Origin: a virus
Virus record (IMG/VR): IMGVR_UViG_3300022602_000029
Location: 96,001-160,000 of that record
DNA: 64,000 bases
Reading direction: 5' to 3' (one strand)
Shown here one piece after another: positions 45,556 through 55,503 of the stretch (the stretch's first letter is position 1; every line of letters begins with the position of its first letter). A model generated the notes under the pieces. The model ran no database searches and had not been told where the DNA came from. It was given only the letters and a program-made list of their open reading frames with translations. Made by a program: the position numbers and the translations under genes.

Positions 45556-46433
45556 TAAACGTCAAAATCGGAGGAGCAGTACAAAAATATGAATTGATAT
45601 TGTTGTGGAATATCAAAAATAAAACTCTGATTAAAGATCTCCAGGTTACTTATTATGACATGCCTAATAACTGTGCATGGAATGGTGGACGTGTGAATCG
45701 CACTATCGACTTGACTGAAAAAATCGTTTCTACCTATAATAAGTTTAAGTATGGAATATGTTTAGGATTCACAAATAATGTTATATTAGATGTCGGTGAT
45801 GAAATAGGAAATATGTTATTAAAAATGGTAACAGGTGAAAACAATCCTAACAAACTACACGGAGTCGTTTTATGTAGCGAGACATTGCGTAGGTACCTTC
45901 GTAAGAATTATCCGGAGTTAATATTAACCTATAGCATAACAGGACACCCTACGACTGATCAGTTGAACTTCGAGGGATATTACAAAGAGCTCGAAGCCAA
46001 ATATGATGTCATTGTTCCTAAATATAGTCATTTGAATAATGTCCTTGACCTATTAGAAGCAGGCAAGCTAACCGGTAGCAAATATGAAATATTAATCAAT
46101 GATAACTGTAACGTTACTTGCCAGTTCTATTCCGAGCATTTCGCACAGATATCACACTTGAATAGTTCTATAAAACATCCTTGGGAAGAAGATCATGAAA
46201 GGTCATACCATATAGAGATCAAACCAAAGATCAAGGCAGGTCCTATCACTAAAGAAGCTAACTGCGTACAAGATGATGTGAGAGTATCTCTACTACAGAG
46301 ATTTTATGATACAGGAGTTAGGCATTTTAAGATAAGTGGAAGAGATCTAGAAGATATAGAATTTGAACACAGGTTGCCTGAACATCTTAGAGAGATACAA
46401 AAAATTGAAGTACGCAATAATCTTCTCAGTTGA
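45552..46433 (+). CDS. U32 peptidase-like [4Fe-4S] protein 2
   Basis: CAWNGGR, INDNCNVTC...H, C, HFKISGRD; paralog of 42491..43303. Confidence 0.65.
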   Translation: MINVKIGGAVQKYELILLWNIKNKTLIKDLQVTYYDMPNNCAWNGGRVNRTIDLTEKIVSTYNKFKYGICLGFTNNVILDVGDEIGNMLLKMVTGENNPNKLHGVVLCSETLRRYLRKNYPELILTYSITGHPTTDQLNFEGYYKELEAKYDVIVPKYSHLNNVLDLLEAGKLTGSKYEILINDNCNVTCQFYSEHFAQISHLNSSIKHPWEEDHERSYHIEIKPKIKAGPITKEANCVQDDVRVSLLQRFYDTGVRHFKISGRDLEDIEFEHRLPEHLREIQKIEVRNNLLS

Positions 46434-47202
46434 GAATAATAATGATGTAACCTATGAGAAGATGTCCATAGCGTTAGCCTGTAGTATAAGAGATTATCTA
46501 CCCGACATCGATATCTACTGCGGAACCTTCACTAATCCGGTAACGTCATATACACGTCTGTGGTTCCATAGATTAAAAGTAAAATATATAGAAGATTTAA
46601 TCTTTAAGGATTTGCCTCCCGCTAATCCTAAGATGTTCCTACGGACATTTACCAAAGACTATTTTGCCAAAAAACTTTTAGATCATTATGACTATCTAAT
46701 ATATCTGGACGTAGATGTATTGATGTTAGGTATTCCAAACTTTGATTTTGATCCTACTGGTCCTATGGTACTAGTGGATACTATGCCTAACTGGATAGTA
46801 AACTTCCATAGACGATACCTAGATGATTTAGAGGAAAGTCTCTACTATAACTGGATAGAAATCATCAACCAACACAACAAAAAAATATTTGATCTAGATT
46901 ATAAAGATCCCTATGTGTTAGATATACATAATGCTGATGTTCTAATATCTAATAGGATCAATAGTTCTAACTTAATCTTGATAGAACAAAATATAGGAGG
47001 ATATCATTGCGCAAAAATATCCAAACCTACACATGTTTTTTATCACTATGACTCACTAGGCGATGCGGGTAGTTTACATAACATAGAAAGCACACATCCT
47101 GTCCAATATCAAAAATATTTAAAACTATTTGAAGAGACCTTAAATATCAGGGTAATATCTATAGTTGGTTATTGGGAAAAAGTAGCAAAGGAATATTCAT
47201 GA
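46363..47202 (+). CDS. GT-A glycosyltransferase-like protein
   Basis: YDYLIYLDVDVL DxD motif; true start probably somewhat downstream. Confidence 0.65.
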   Translation: MNTGCLNILERYKKLKYAIIFSVENNNDVTYEKMSIALACSIRDYLPDIDIYCGTFTNPVTSYTRLWFHRLKVKYIEDLIFKDLPPANPKMFLRTFTKDYFAKKLLDHYDYLIYLDVDVLMLGIPNFDFDPTGPMVLVDTMPNWIVNFHRRYLDDLEESLYYNWIEIINQHNKKIFDLDYKDPYVLDIHNADVLISNRINSSNLILIEQNIGGYHCAKISKPTHVFYHYDSLGDAGSLHNIESTHPVQYQKYLKLFEETLNIRVISIVGYWEKVAKEYS

Positions 47203-47897
47203 ATCTAAGAGAAGAACTGCTCAGGCACAGTTATAAGTACCGATTGACACATATAGCTTCTGCTCTATCCCAGTTAGATTATCTAGAAGAACTGTTTACG
47301 AAACAACTAGTTGTTCCTTATAGAGATAAAATTGTTATAGGAAAAGTTTTTGGAGGGCAATCTTATTTCCTGGTTTGGAAAAAACTAGGTTACCTAGATA
47401 ACTTACCTAATCTTGAATGCTTACCTGTAGTTAAACATGATGAAATACCTTTCATTGATTTCGCTGAGTTTTCTATAGGAAATGCTTTGGGTGTAGCAGC
47501 CGGTATAGCAATGACAACAGATAAAATGATTTGGACTAATATATCAGATAGTGCCCTACAGATGGGCAATACACTAGAAGCCATACAGTTTTGTGGTCAC
47601 AATAGATTAAAAAACATGTTAGTCACAGTTGATATGAATAATGGACAGGTAACAGGAAAGACCGAAGATATATTACCTGTAGAACCTGTAGTTGATTTTT
47701 TTAGAAACTATGGATGGGATGTGAATTTTGATCTAGAAAACTTCAAAGTAGGAGATCGCCCTAAAGTATTCATTTTAAGGAATAAAAAAGGCAAGGGTAT
47801 TAAATCGATAGAAAAGGATATAAGGAAATGGCATTACAAGAAAATAGAAACATACGCAGAATTACAATCGTTGGTGGAGGAACTTCGGGATACCTAG
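47199..47897 (+). CDS. transketolase N-terminal (TPP-binding) subunit
   Basis: HIASALS, SIGNALGVAAGIA, ISDSALQMG..LEA, VDMN. Confidence 0.85.
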   Translation: MNLREELLRHSYKYRLTHIASALSQLDYLEELFTKQLVVPYRDKIVIGKVFGGQSYFLVWKKLGYLDNLPNLECLPVVKHDEIPFIDFAEFSIGNALGVAAGIAMTTDKMIWTNISDSALQMGNTLEAIQFCGHNRLKNMLVTVDMNNGQVTGKTEDILPVEPVVDFFRNYGWDVNFDLENFKVGDRPKVFILRNKKGKGIKSIEKDIRKWHYKKIETYAELQSLVEELRDT

Positions 47898-49099
47898 CCG
47901 CATTTTATCTATCTAAAAACTATCCTGAAAAAGAAATCACTTGGATATTTCCAGAAGAAAATAATCCCATTGGAGTCGGAGAAGCGTTGGTTCCTAAAAG
48001 TAGCGATTTTCTATTGTCTATAGGAATTAGTCATAAAGATATTTTAAAATACTGTAATGGAACTTTAAAGCTAGGAATACTTTTTGATGGATTCAATAAA
48101 AAAGGAGAGGATTTCTTTTTTCCTTTTGGTATTGGAGTAGATGATAAACACAACGGGTCTAGCATCAACTATATCATGCAGAAAGATCTAATACCTGATA
48201 CTATATTAGAATATAGAGATATGGCCACACATTTTAATACTGTAGAGTTCGCAAAATATCTAGATACAAAGACACATGAGCTCGATAATCTTAAAATACT
48301 AAGAAATGAAGTAACCCTAACTGACTTAGAAGGTACATATGATCTATTGATAGATAGCACAGGATTTAAAAGACATATGAGTAAACAACCGGATAACTTT
48401 GAGGATATAAGTCATATCATTCCAAATAATCGGGCGTTGACCTGTAGAATCAAATACACTGATAAAAGTAAACAATGTAAACCATACAGTCTATTCAAAG
48501 CTATGGATTATGGATGGTGTTGGCATATTCCTTTAGGAGATAAGTTATCTTTTGGATATGTCCACGATAATAAGTTCGATGTAAGAGAAGAGTTTATTTC
48601 TCATGTTAAAGACTATATGGGTATCGATCCTTTAGAAATAAATGTGATTGACTTTATCACAGGAAGAAATAAAGTGCACCTCAAGGATAATATCGTGAGC
48701 ATCGGTCTCGCTAGTACTTTTGTAGAACCGATAGAATCTACAGGTATATATCTGATAATATCAGCTATAGAAAGATTAAAACTCTATATCGATGGAGGAA
48801 TAACAGAACATGAATATAATCTACAAACCAACGAAACATTTGATGGCATAGTTAACTTTATTGCGGCACATTACAAATATTCTAAGAGAGATAACGAATA
48901 TTGGAATCATTATAAAAATCTAAAGGTTGAAAATTATAAAGAGACTAGGTTATTTCCTGTAGAAGCATGGAGATATGTCCTTAGTGGATTTGGATTGAAT
49001 GAATATCCTAAAGAAAGCATGGATCCTAGAGAGTTCATTAACATACAGAAAGGAACTCCTTATGTGAAATGGTTAGAAAGTATAAGGAGTGAACCATGA
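47828..49099 (+). CDS. flavin-dependent tryptophan halogenase family protein
   Basis: IVGGGTSG, IGVGE, LKLGILF, GWCWHIPL, FVEPIESTG. Confidence 0.92.
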   Translation: MALQENRNIRRITIVGGGTSGYLAAFYLSKNYPEKEITWIFPEENNPIGVGEALVPKSSDFLLSIGISHKDILKYCNGTLKLGILFDGFNKKGEDFFFPFGIGVDDKHNGSSINYIMQKDLIPDTILEYRDMATHFNTVEFAKYLDTKTHELDNLKILRNEVTLTDLEGTYDLLIDSTGFKRHMSKQPDNFEDISHIIPNNRALTCRIKYTDKSKQCKPYSLFKAMDYGWCWHIPLGDKLSFGYVHDNKFDVREEFISHVKDYMGIDPLEINVIDFITGRNKVHLKDNIVSIGLASTFVEPIESTGIYLIISAIERLKLYIDGGITEHEYNLQTNETFDGIVNFIAAHYKYSKRDNEYWNHYKNLKVENYKETRLFPVEAWRYVLSGFGLNEYPKESMDPREFINIQKGTPYVKWLESIRSEP

Positions 49100-49578
49100 G
49101 AAAAACCCTTCACAAGTTGTTATCGAGATTAAATCATCCTGATGTTTATCTCCTGCATTCCGATATGTGGAAATGGGATAATACAAAATATAATTGTATT
49201 AACTGCGGGGTACAAGAACCCAATATGGTTAATATGGCCGCGGGTCTAGCTAGCCAGGGTAAGACTGTGTTCGTCTATGGAGTCTGCGGTTATGTTCTCT
49301 ATAAATGCTATGAGCAGATGAAATATAATGTACGAGGTTGGGCTGACACCAAAGGATCTGTGATATTTGTTAACGCAGGACATAACGGGGCGTATGCCCA
49401 TCAAGGAAAGGGCGGATTCATTCCAGAAGATGCTGATTTATGCACTCTATTACAAATACCTGTTTATACTCCTGAAGATCGAAGTACCTTTGTAAAATAT
49501 GTAAAAGATTCTATTAGACAACCTCACGGATCTCGCCTCATAAGATTAGGATGGGATGATGAAGTATGGAAGAAGTAA
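49096..49578 (+). CDS. transketolase pyrimidine-binding subunit
   Basis: GVQEPNMVNMAAGLA..G..VFVY, YEQ, H. Confidence 0.85.
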   Translation: MRKTLHKLLSRLNHPDVYLLHSDMWKWDNTKYNCINCGVQEPNMVNMAAGLASQGKTVFVYGVCGYVLYKCYEQMKYNVRGWADTKGSVIFVNAGHNGAYAHQGKGGFIPEDADLCTLLQIPVYTPEDRSTFVKYVKDSIRQPHGSRLIRLGWDDEVWKK

Positions 49579-50195
49579 AACTACCTCTCTATAGAAGTTT
49601 CATACCTACTGACAGTATCCCTTGGAAGCAAATAAATGCCGATCTTGATAGAGGAGATACTGATTATAGAGATGTAGAGAAAGGAGTCACTACCGCTGGA
49701 TTAGGCCTCAGAGTTGACTTAGAACCTTGGGCATCGGGCTATAAGTCTGCAGTAATAGATGTCGTAAATAGATTTATTCCCTCGTCTATAAAACAAGAAT
49801 ATAATAGTTGGACTGATATGCATTGGATCAATAGAACATGTAGAGACGGACATGTTAGGAAACATATACATTACCCTTGTGATCTAGCTGTGGTTTGGTA
49901 TTTGGATATTCCCGAAAGAAGCGGGCATTTCGTTATGCATTTTGACAACAAAGATCATGTAATCCCTGTATCGACTGGAGATTTCATAGCCTTTCCTGGA
50001 AGTATACTACATTATTCTCAACCTAGTCAAACTGATTCTCCGAGATATGTTATGGCATCTAATGTGCTTTGGACTGAATCGACTTTATATTCCCTCAGAG
50101 ATAAATTATCAAATCATGAAATAAATTCCTATATTGAAAAAGTATTTTATGAAAGACAAGAACACCTAATAAGAGATATGATGGAAAAGTTATGA
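49566..50195 (+). CDS. 2OG-Fe(II) oxygenase, paralog of 31180..31788
   Basis: DLEPWA, WINR, KHIH, LAVVWYL, IPVSTGD...FPG...H shared. Confidence 0.85.
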   Translation: MEEVKLPLYRSFIPTDSIPWKQINADLDRGDTDYRDVEKGVTTAGLGLRVDLEPWASGYKSAVIDVVNRFIPSSIKQEYNSWTDMHWINRTCRDGHVRKHIHYPCDLAVVWYLDIPERSGHFVMHFDNKDHVIPVSTGDFIAFPGSILHYSQPSQTDSPRYVMASNVLWTESTLYSLRDKLSNHEINSYIEKVFYERQEHLIRDMMEKL

Positions 50196-50800
50196 ATGTT
50201 GCTGTAACAGGACTAAACGGATTTATTGGCAGATATCTAGTCAAAGCCCTGACTGAAAAAGGATTTATCGTAGACAACAACGCTAAACATATTAGTCGTG
50301 TTTACCACCTGGCTTGTCCTGCTACAACTGAACGAATCAACTCAGATCCTCTAGCAGTAATGGATACTATACTGGATATGACGAGGAGGACCATTAAGAT
50401 GTGGCCAAATGCAAGATTCATAAATGCCAGTTCTATAGGAGCTTCTCAGATTGATGATGTTGACACCAGTCCACAAACAGCGTACAATATAGCTAAGAGG
50501 TGTATGGAAATTTATCTCATACATAGTAACATCATGTTTACCAACTATAGATTACCTGCGGTATACGGAGAAGGTATGCATGATGATCATTTTATTAAGA
50601 GGTGTGTGGATCATACAGCTTATAAGCCAGAGGATCCTGATAAGCCCTATTGGATCGCCCACGTAGAAGATGTGGTAGAATCTATGGTAGCTTTAGAACC
50701 CATTAAGATGGAAAAAATAACAGTAGGTGAAATATATGAATTATTTAATTCTGGGAGGCGCGGGCTTCATAGGCCAACACCTAACCCGAGCATTGTTTGA
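50192..50800 (+). CDS. NAD-dependent epimerase/dehydratase
   Basis: VTGLNGFIG, HLACPA, YNIAKR, YRLPAVYG. Confidence 0.85.
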   Translation: MNVAVTGLNGFIGRYLVKALTEKGFIVDNNAKHISRVYHLACPATTERINSDPLAVMDTILDMTRRTIKMWPNARFINASSIGASQIDDVDTSPQTAYNIAKRCMEIYLIHSNIMFTNYRLPAVYGEGMHDDHFIKRCVDHTAYKPEDPDKPYWIAHVEDVVESMVALEPIKMEKITVGEIYELFNSGRRGLHRPTPNPSIV

Positions 50801-51671
50801 GCAGAAGGAAAGGCATGTTGGAGTTACAGTAATAGACAACTTAAAGACTTCTAATAGAGAATGTCTAGAACAGTTCAGAGAATATAAAAATCTATTTAGA
50901 TTCATAGAAGCTGACCTTACGACCATAGACGACGAAGAATTTTTAAAGATAGCTCGCAAGCACGATAAGATATTTCATCTAGCAGGAAGTGTAGGAGTCG
51001 AGAATGTAGATAAAAATCCTAGCGAAACTCTGTTCAATAACCTAGCTCTAGCTAACAAGCTCATTCCTTTATTTCAAAAATTAAGGAATAGACACATTAC
51101 ATTCGCTAGTACTAGCGAGATATACGGTGAAGGTCCATTCTATGAAGAAGCAAATGCCAGTATTGGTCCAAGCAGTAAACTACGATGGGGATATGCCAGT
51201 GCTAAACTCACTACAGAGTTTATGATACGGGCCAGCGAGTTTCCTTATACTATCGTAAGGTTCTTCAATATAGTAGGTCCAGGACAGTTAGGAGATTATG
51301 GCATGGTATTGCCCCGTATGATATATGCGGCCAAAAATAACAAAGACATAATAGTTTACGGAGACGGTAATCAAGTACGTAGTTTTTGTCATGTATATGA
51401 CGCCGTCGATGGATTGATCAAACTGTCTGATACTAATGGAGAATTGTTCAACATAGGTAACGACCTTCCTATCAGTATCAAAGATTTGGCACAACGGGTT
51501 ATCGACTTATCAGGATCTCAATCTAAAATACAACTAGTTCCTTATGAACAGGTGTTCAGCAAACATCATGGGGATATCTACAAACGTATTCCTGATTTAA
51601 CAAAGATAAAAAATGCCATAGGATATCAACCCAAATACGGATTAGATGATATTATTAAAGATATGTTATGA
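50736..51671 (+). CDS. NAD-dependent epimerase/dehydratase (UDP-sugar)
   Basis: LILGGAGFIG, FHLAG, STSEIYG, YASAK, RFFNIVGP. Confidence 0.93.
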   Translation: MNYLILGGAGFIGQHLTRALFEQKERHVGVTVIDNLKTSNRECLEQFREYKNLFRFIEADLTTIDDEEFLKIARKHDKIFHLAGSVGVENVDKNPSETLFNNLALANKLIPLFQKLRNRHITFASTSEIYGEGPFYEEANASIGPSSKLRWGYASAKLTTEFMIRASEFPYTIVRFFNIVGPGQLGDYGMVLPRMIYAAKNNKDIIVYGDGNQVRSFCHVYDAVDGLIKLSDTNGELFNIGNDLPISIKDLAQRVIDLSGSQSKIQLVPYEQVFSKHHGDIYKRIPDLTKIKNAIGYQPKYGLDDIIKDML

Positions 51672-52351
51672 TTTATACATACAAAGCCAAGGTCAAGGCC
51701 ACTACGAGGTCTAGATGTCTAGATCCCTACACAGAAGAATTCTTGCGAGGAGCAGGTAACTTCTTCTTGGCTAGATGGTTTTATTATTTTAATCATGATT
51801 TATATGATCCTGTATTGATATGGAATATGACGGATTTATCAAAGATAGTTTTAGAGTTTGGGAATAATCGATATATAGGTAAGATGATACGTGCCGAAAG
51901 AGGAGAAGAAATTTGGTTAGATGCTAATTTTATATCTCCCTACCCTTGGAATAAAACAATAGATGATCTAGAAGTAGGTGATCTTATTAGGACCACCGAT
52001 CGTGTAGATTTCCCTACTAATATGGAGGACCTTATGACTGTAGGACGATTTCAAGGTAAACTCTATGAAGAAGTAGTAAGACCTACATTAAGGAATGCTA
52101 ATCTAAGTTCGAGATTTTTTAACATATCTGCTCCTGGTAAACCGTTGTTACCTGAAGGATACACAGTAGCGAAGGCTTTTGCTAAACGTGTACTACCTCA
52201 TCATTATATTATAAGGATGGATGGTAAGGATTGTGATATGCTAGGAGAAGGATCTCGTCCTTTGAAAAAAATATACACAGTAGAAGAATATGGCGGAATT
52301 ATTCCTGCTGTTACAGAAATGTTTTTTGATGCTAAGGAAACGATGAAATGA
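51668..52351 (+). CDS. hypothetical protein
   Basis: ORF track; coupled in operon. Confidence 0.6.
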   Translation: MIYTYKAKVKATTRSRCLDPYTEEFLRGAGNFFLARWFYYFNHDLYDPVLIWNMTDLSKIVLEFGNNRYIGKMIRAERGEEIWLDANFISPYPWNKTIDDLEVGDLIRTTDRVDFPTNMEDLMTVGRFQGKLYEEVVRPTLRNANLSSRFFNISAPGKPLLPEGYTVAKAFAKRVLPHHYIIRMDGKDCDMLGEGSRPLKKIYTVEEYGGIIPAVTEMFFDAKETMK

Positions 52352-53010
52352 AAATAACAGCTATGGTTCCAGTAAGAAAAGGATCGCAGAGGGTCAAATC
52401 TAAAAATTCTAAATCTTTCTCAGATACAAGTTTATTAGATATAAGACTAAATCTATTAAAAAACGTCAATGGGCTAGATCAGATTATAGTTAGCACGGAT
52501 TGCGAAGAATGTACCAGCATAGCAAAATCACATAACGTAGAAGTGATAGCGAGAGATCCTTACTATGCTGGAGACATTCCTAATAATGAATTCCTTAAGA
52601 ATCTAGCAGAATGCTGTCCAGGAGATGCTATGATGTATTCAGTAGTAACAAATCCATTCCTAAGAAAATCAACGATAGAAAAGAATTTAAACTTGTTTAG
52701 GCAAGGTGGAATGGATAGCATAATGTCAGTCTCTCTAGAAAAGAAGTTCCTATGGTTAGATGGAAAACCGATCAACTATGAAGCTACCAGGGCTCCCAGG
52801 AGTCAGTTACTTCCAGAGATAGTATCTCTTAACTTTGCTATGTCGATCATAGAAACAAAAAAGATGATAGAGAAAGAAAATCTAATAGGAGATAATCCAC
52901 TGCTCATCACTTTAGATAAAATACAAAGCATAGATATAGATGACGAGGAAGATTTTATGATAGCAGAGACACTTTATGAAAAACTAGGATTTGATTGGAT
53001 ATTACAATGA
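52348..53010 (+). CDS. CMP-nonulosonate/KDO synthetase family cytidylyltransferase
   Basis: PVRKGSQRVKSKN, VSTD, DIDDEEDF. Confidence 0.9.
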   Translation: MKITAMVPVRKGSQRVKSKNSKSFSDTSLLDIRLNLLKNVNGLDQIIVSTDCEECTSIAKSHNVEVIARDPYYAGDIPNNEFLKNLAECCPGDAMMYSVVTNPFLRKSTIEKNLNLFRQGGMDSIMSVSLEKKFLWLDGKPINYEATRAPRSQLLPEIVSLNFAMSIIETKKMIEKENLIGDNPLLITLDKIQSIDIDDEEDFMIAETLYEKLGFDWILQ

Positions 53011-53663
53011 AAATACTTTTCATATTTGCTCATCCTGATGATGAGGTTTTTGGTCCTGCCGGGACTATTACAGATCTAGCTACTAACAATAATGTCCTAG
53101 TAGTTTCTTTATGTAACGGAGCTCGTCCGGGTAATCCAGAAGTCGCTGAAGGTAGGATAGAGGCCTTTAAAAAATCTTGTGAAACTATGGGAGCGGAGTG
53201 GAGAATATATTCTACTCCAGATTGCGCACTAAGTTATGACGATACTTTAAAGACTATTGAAAATATTGTCAGCCAAGAAATACCCGATATAGTATATACG
53301 CACAACATATCCGATATACACAGAGATCACAGATTAGTAGCAGAGTGTTGCATGGTTGCCTGTAGACCTAAACCATCTAGCACAGTTAAAGAGTTGTATA
53401 TGTGCGAACTACCTGCTAGTACAGACTGGAGCTTTGGACAGATAGAACCTATCTTTAATCCTAATGTCTATAAAGATGTTTCAGATCTTATAGGAATAAA
53501 AGAACAAGTCATGATGTTATATGGAACAGAAGTATATGAACATCCGGACGCTAGATCTATAGAAAGTATGAAAACGATGGCCAAAAATCGAGGAAGACAA
53601 TCAGGAGTCAGTTACGCAGAAGCGTTTCAACTGGTATTCTCTCTTGACCGTAAAAATCGCTGA
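53007..53663 (+). CDS. PIG-L family deacetylase
   Basis: FAHPDDE, D.H.DH, YAEAF. Confidence 0.92.
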   Translation: MKILFIFAHPDDEVFGPAGTITDLATNNNVLVVSLCNGARPGNPEVAEGRIEAFKKSCETMGAEWRIYSTPDCALSYDDTLKTIENIVSQEIPDIVYTHNISDIHRDHRLVAECCMVACRPKPSSTVKELYMCELPASTDWSFGQIEPIFNPNVYKDVSDLIGIKEQVMMLYGTEVYEHPDARSIESMKTMAKNRGRQSGVSYAEAFQLVFSLDRKNR

Positions 53664-54156
53664 TTCCGAAAGTTTTAAGGAGAGAGGTATACATACCATT
53701 CTGGTCATCGTTATAAGGATAACAAAACTTGTGAGGTTTGAATCCTAGATTCTTATCAAACTCTAGAAGCATCTTTTTAGTATCTTCAATAATATAGGAC
53801 ATTTTATCAATGATCTTATTAAAATCTTTCAGCTTTTTATGCTCGTGACCATGTCCGCCTATAGTAACTTGTGGATCATTCATAAGTTCTTTTATCTGTT
53901 TCCAAGTCATATAATCTTCTTTATTTCCTTTGAATGCTTTCTCATGGGCCTCGTGGCAGGTGGGAAAATCTAGAGATTGTGTATTCTCGCAGATTATGTT
54001 GGTTGAGATAAAGAATATCTTTTCAGTATCGATCTTACTTAATCGATCAAAATAATAGTATTGGCTATACAATCCATCATCGAAGGTCAGTATATAATCC
54101 TTTAATGGCAGTTTAAATATCTCTTCTGAGATATGATGTATCATGAGTACTTCCAT
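53608..54156 (-). CDS. polysaccharide deacetylase (NodB-like)
   Basis: LTFDDG, IGGHGHEH, FCYPY. Confidence 0.88.
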   Translation of the reverse strand: MEVLMIHHISEEIFKLPLKDYILTFDDGLYSQYYYFDRLSKIDTEKIFFISTNIICENTQSLDFPTCHEAHEKAFKGNKEDYMTWKQIKELMNDPQVTIGGHGHEHKKLKDFNKIIDKMSYIIEDTKKMLLEFDKNLGFKPHKFCYPYNDDQNGMYTSLLKTFGISDFYGQERIPVETLLRN

Positions 54157-54896
54157 CAAAATGTATATCCAAATATATCTAGGTCTTCTTCTAGCCACCT
54201 GTAGGCGATCGCCTGTGTTTCGCTATCATAATATTCTCTATAGTTATTATGCAGACTAGTATTAGTATGTTGCATGGGCGCATAACATTTTAGCAGGTCC
54301 TGTATCTTGACAAAATCTCTTTCTATATATTCTAGTTTAACTACGATATCAGGAATAATATTATTAAAGAAAAAGCATTGGGTTTCTTTGTCTTTCTTGT
54401 TAAACATAGACAATCTCAGGAGATCGGAATCTCTAGAAACAGCATTCTTGATCCAATACCGGAAACCCTTATTATAGTTTATTAACAGTTTAAGATCTTC
54501 TTCTACATCGTAGCTAACGACCTCTTCAGATCCTTGATTATTCTTCCTACGATGAATCCTTTTTTTTGAATCCTGTCCTAGGAAATGGAATATACTTACC
54601 AGCCTATCATAGGGATTACGGACAAACCCAAAAGTAGTTCCATAATCCGGCCACATTTTTTTTATTTCGTCTAGAGATTCGTGAGTAAGCATATTAGGAT
54701 ATCTAGGATCTGTAGGTAAATCTCTATCGGTGATATTGGCCAAGGCCCAAAACTTGAAGCTAGTTGAGCCTACTCTAGGCACATTCCTAAACGTAGCAGG
54801 AACTGCTGGAAAATGTATGGGCATTTTAGACCCTAAAACTTTCTCCACATCCGCAACGATCTCTCTCATTTGGATTTTGGAATTCAAATCCTTCAT
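54156..54896 (-). CDS. sulfotransferase family protein
   Basis: NVPRVGSTS PAPS loop, FGFVRNPYDRLVS, WLEEDLDIFGY. Confidence 0.85.
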   Translation of the reverse strand: MKDLNSKIQMREIVADVEKVLGSKMPIHFPAVPATFRNVPRVGSTSFKFWALANITDRDLPTDPRYPNMLTHESLDEIKKMWPDYGTTFGFVRNPYDRLVSIFHFLGQDSKKRIHRRKNNQGSEEVVSYDVEEDLKLLINYNKGFRYWIKNAVSRDSDLLRLSMFNKKDKETQCFFFNNIIPDIVVKLEYIERDFVKIQDLLKCYAPMQHTNTSLHNNYREYYDSETQAIAYRWLEEDLDIFGYTF

Positions 54897-55152
54897 TAAG
54901 TCCGTTGCGCACGAAATCTACAGTCATATTCAAAAGATATGGTTCGTGCTTTTTATCTACCAGAACTACGAAATCATCTTGGGCATAGTTTATGGTACTA
55001 TCATCGTCTTTATACTCGTCTACGTATTCTAATACATAAGCCAGTCCGCTACATCCGGTAGTCTTGACTCCGATCCTTATTCCTGCGCCTTTACCTCTCT
55101 TAAGGAGGTAGTTTTTGATTTTCTTTTTTGCTTGCTCTGTTATGGTAATCAT
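54826..55152 (-). CDS. iscA: iron-sulfur cluster assembly protein IscA
   Basis: GVKTTGCSGLAY, F.NPN...CGCGESF. Confidence 0.92.
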   Translation of the reverse strand: MITITEQAKKKIKNYLLKRGKGAGIRIGVKTTGCSGLAYVLEYVDEYKDDDSTINYAQDDFVVLVDKKHEPYLLNMTVDFVRNGLNEGFEFQNPNERDRCGCGESFRV

Positions 55153-55157
55153 GCTAT

Positions 55158-55172
55158 TATTTAAGATAAATA
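55158..55172. promoter_or_regulatory. divergent late-type promoters for iscA and the iscU-erpA operon
   Basis: TAAATA on minus (55158-55163) and GATAAATA on plus (55165-55172). Confidence 0.6.
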
Positions 55173-55191
55173 TAACTCTAGGAGAACTTAT

Positions 55192-55503
55192 ATGAAGAAA
55201 CTACTCTTTACACTTATACTAGCATCTTTAGCCACAGCTTCGCAAGCCTGTTGTTATCGTGGTTATTATCATCACGGCGGATATTATGGTCCAGGAGTGG
55301 GGTGGGTCGCTCCTGCACTAGTGGGCGGAGTTATCGGATATGAAATAGCTCGCCCAAATACAATAGTTGTAGAACAACAGCAACCCCCTGTAGTTTATGT
55401 ACAGCCACAGCCTGTAGTACAACAGCCTCCTGTGGGATATCACTGGCAACAGATGATTGATCCGCAAACTAACACAACAAAAATAGTATTGGTGCCAAAT
55501 TGA
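55192..55503 (+). CDS. secreted or membrane Gly/Tyr/Pro-rich protein
   Basis: Signal peptide MKKLLFTLILASLATASQA; second hydrophobic segment; PPV repeats. Confidence 0.75.
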   Translation: MKKLLFTLILASLATASQACCYRGYYHHGGYYGPGVGWVAPALVGGVIGYEIARPNTIVVEQQQPPVVYVQPQPVVQQPPVGYHWQQMIDPQTNTTKIVLVPN

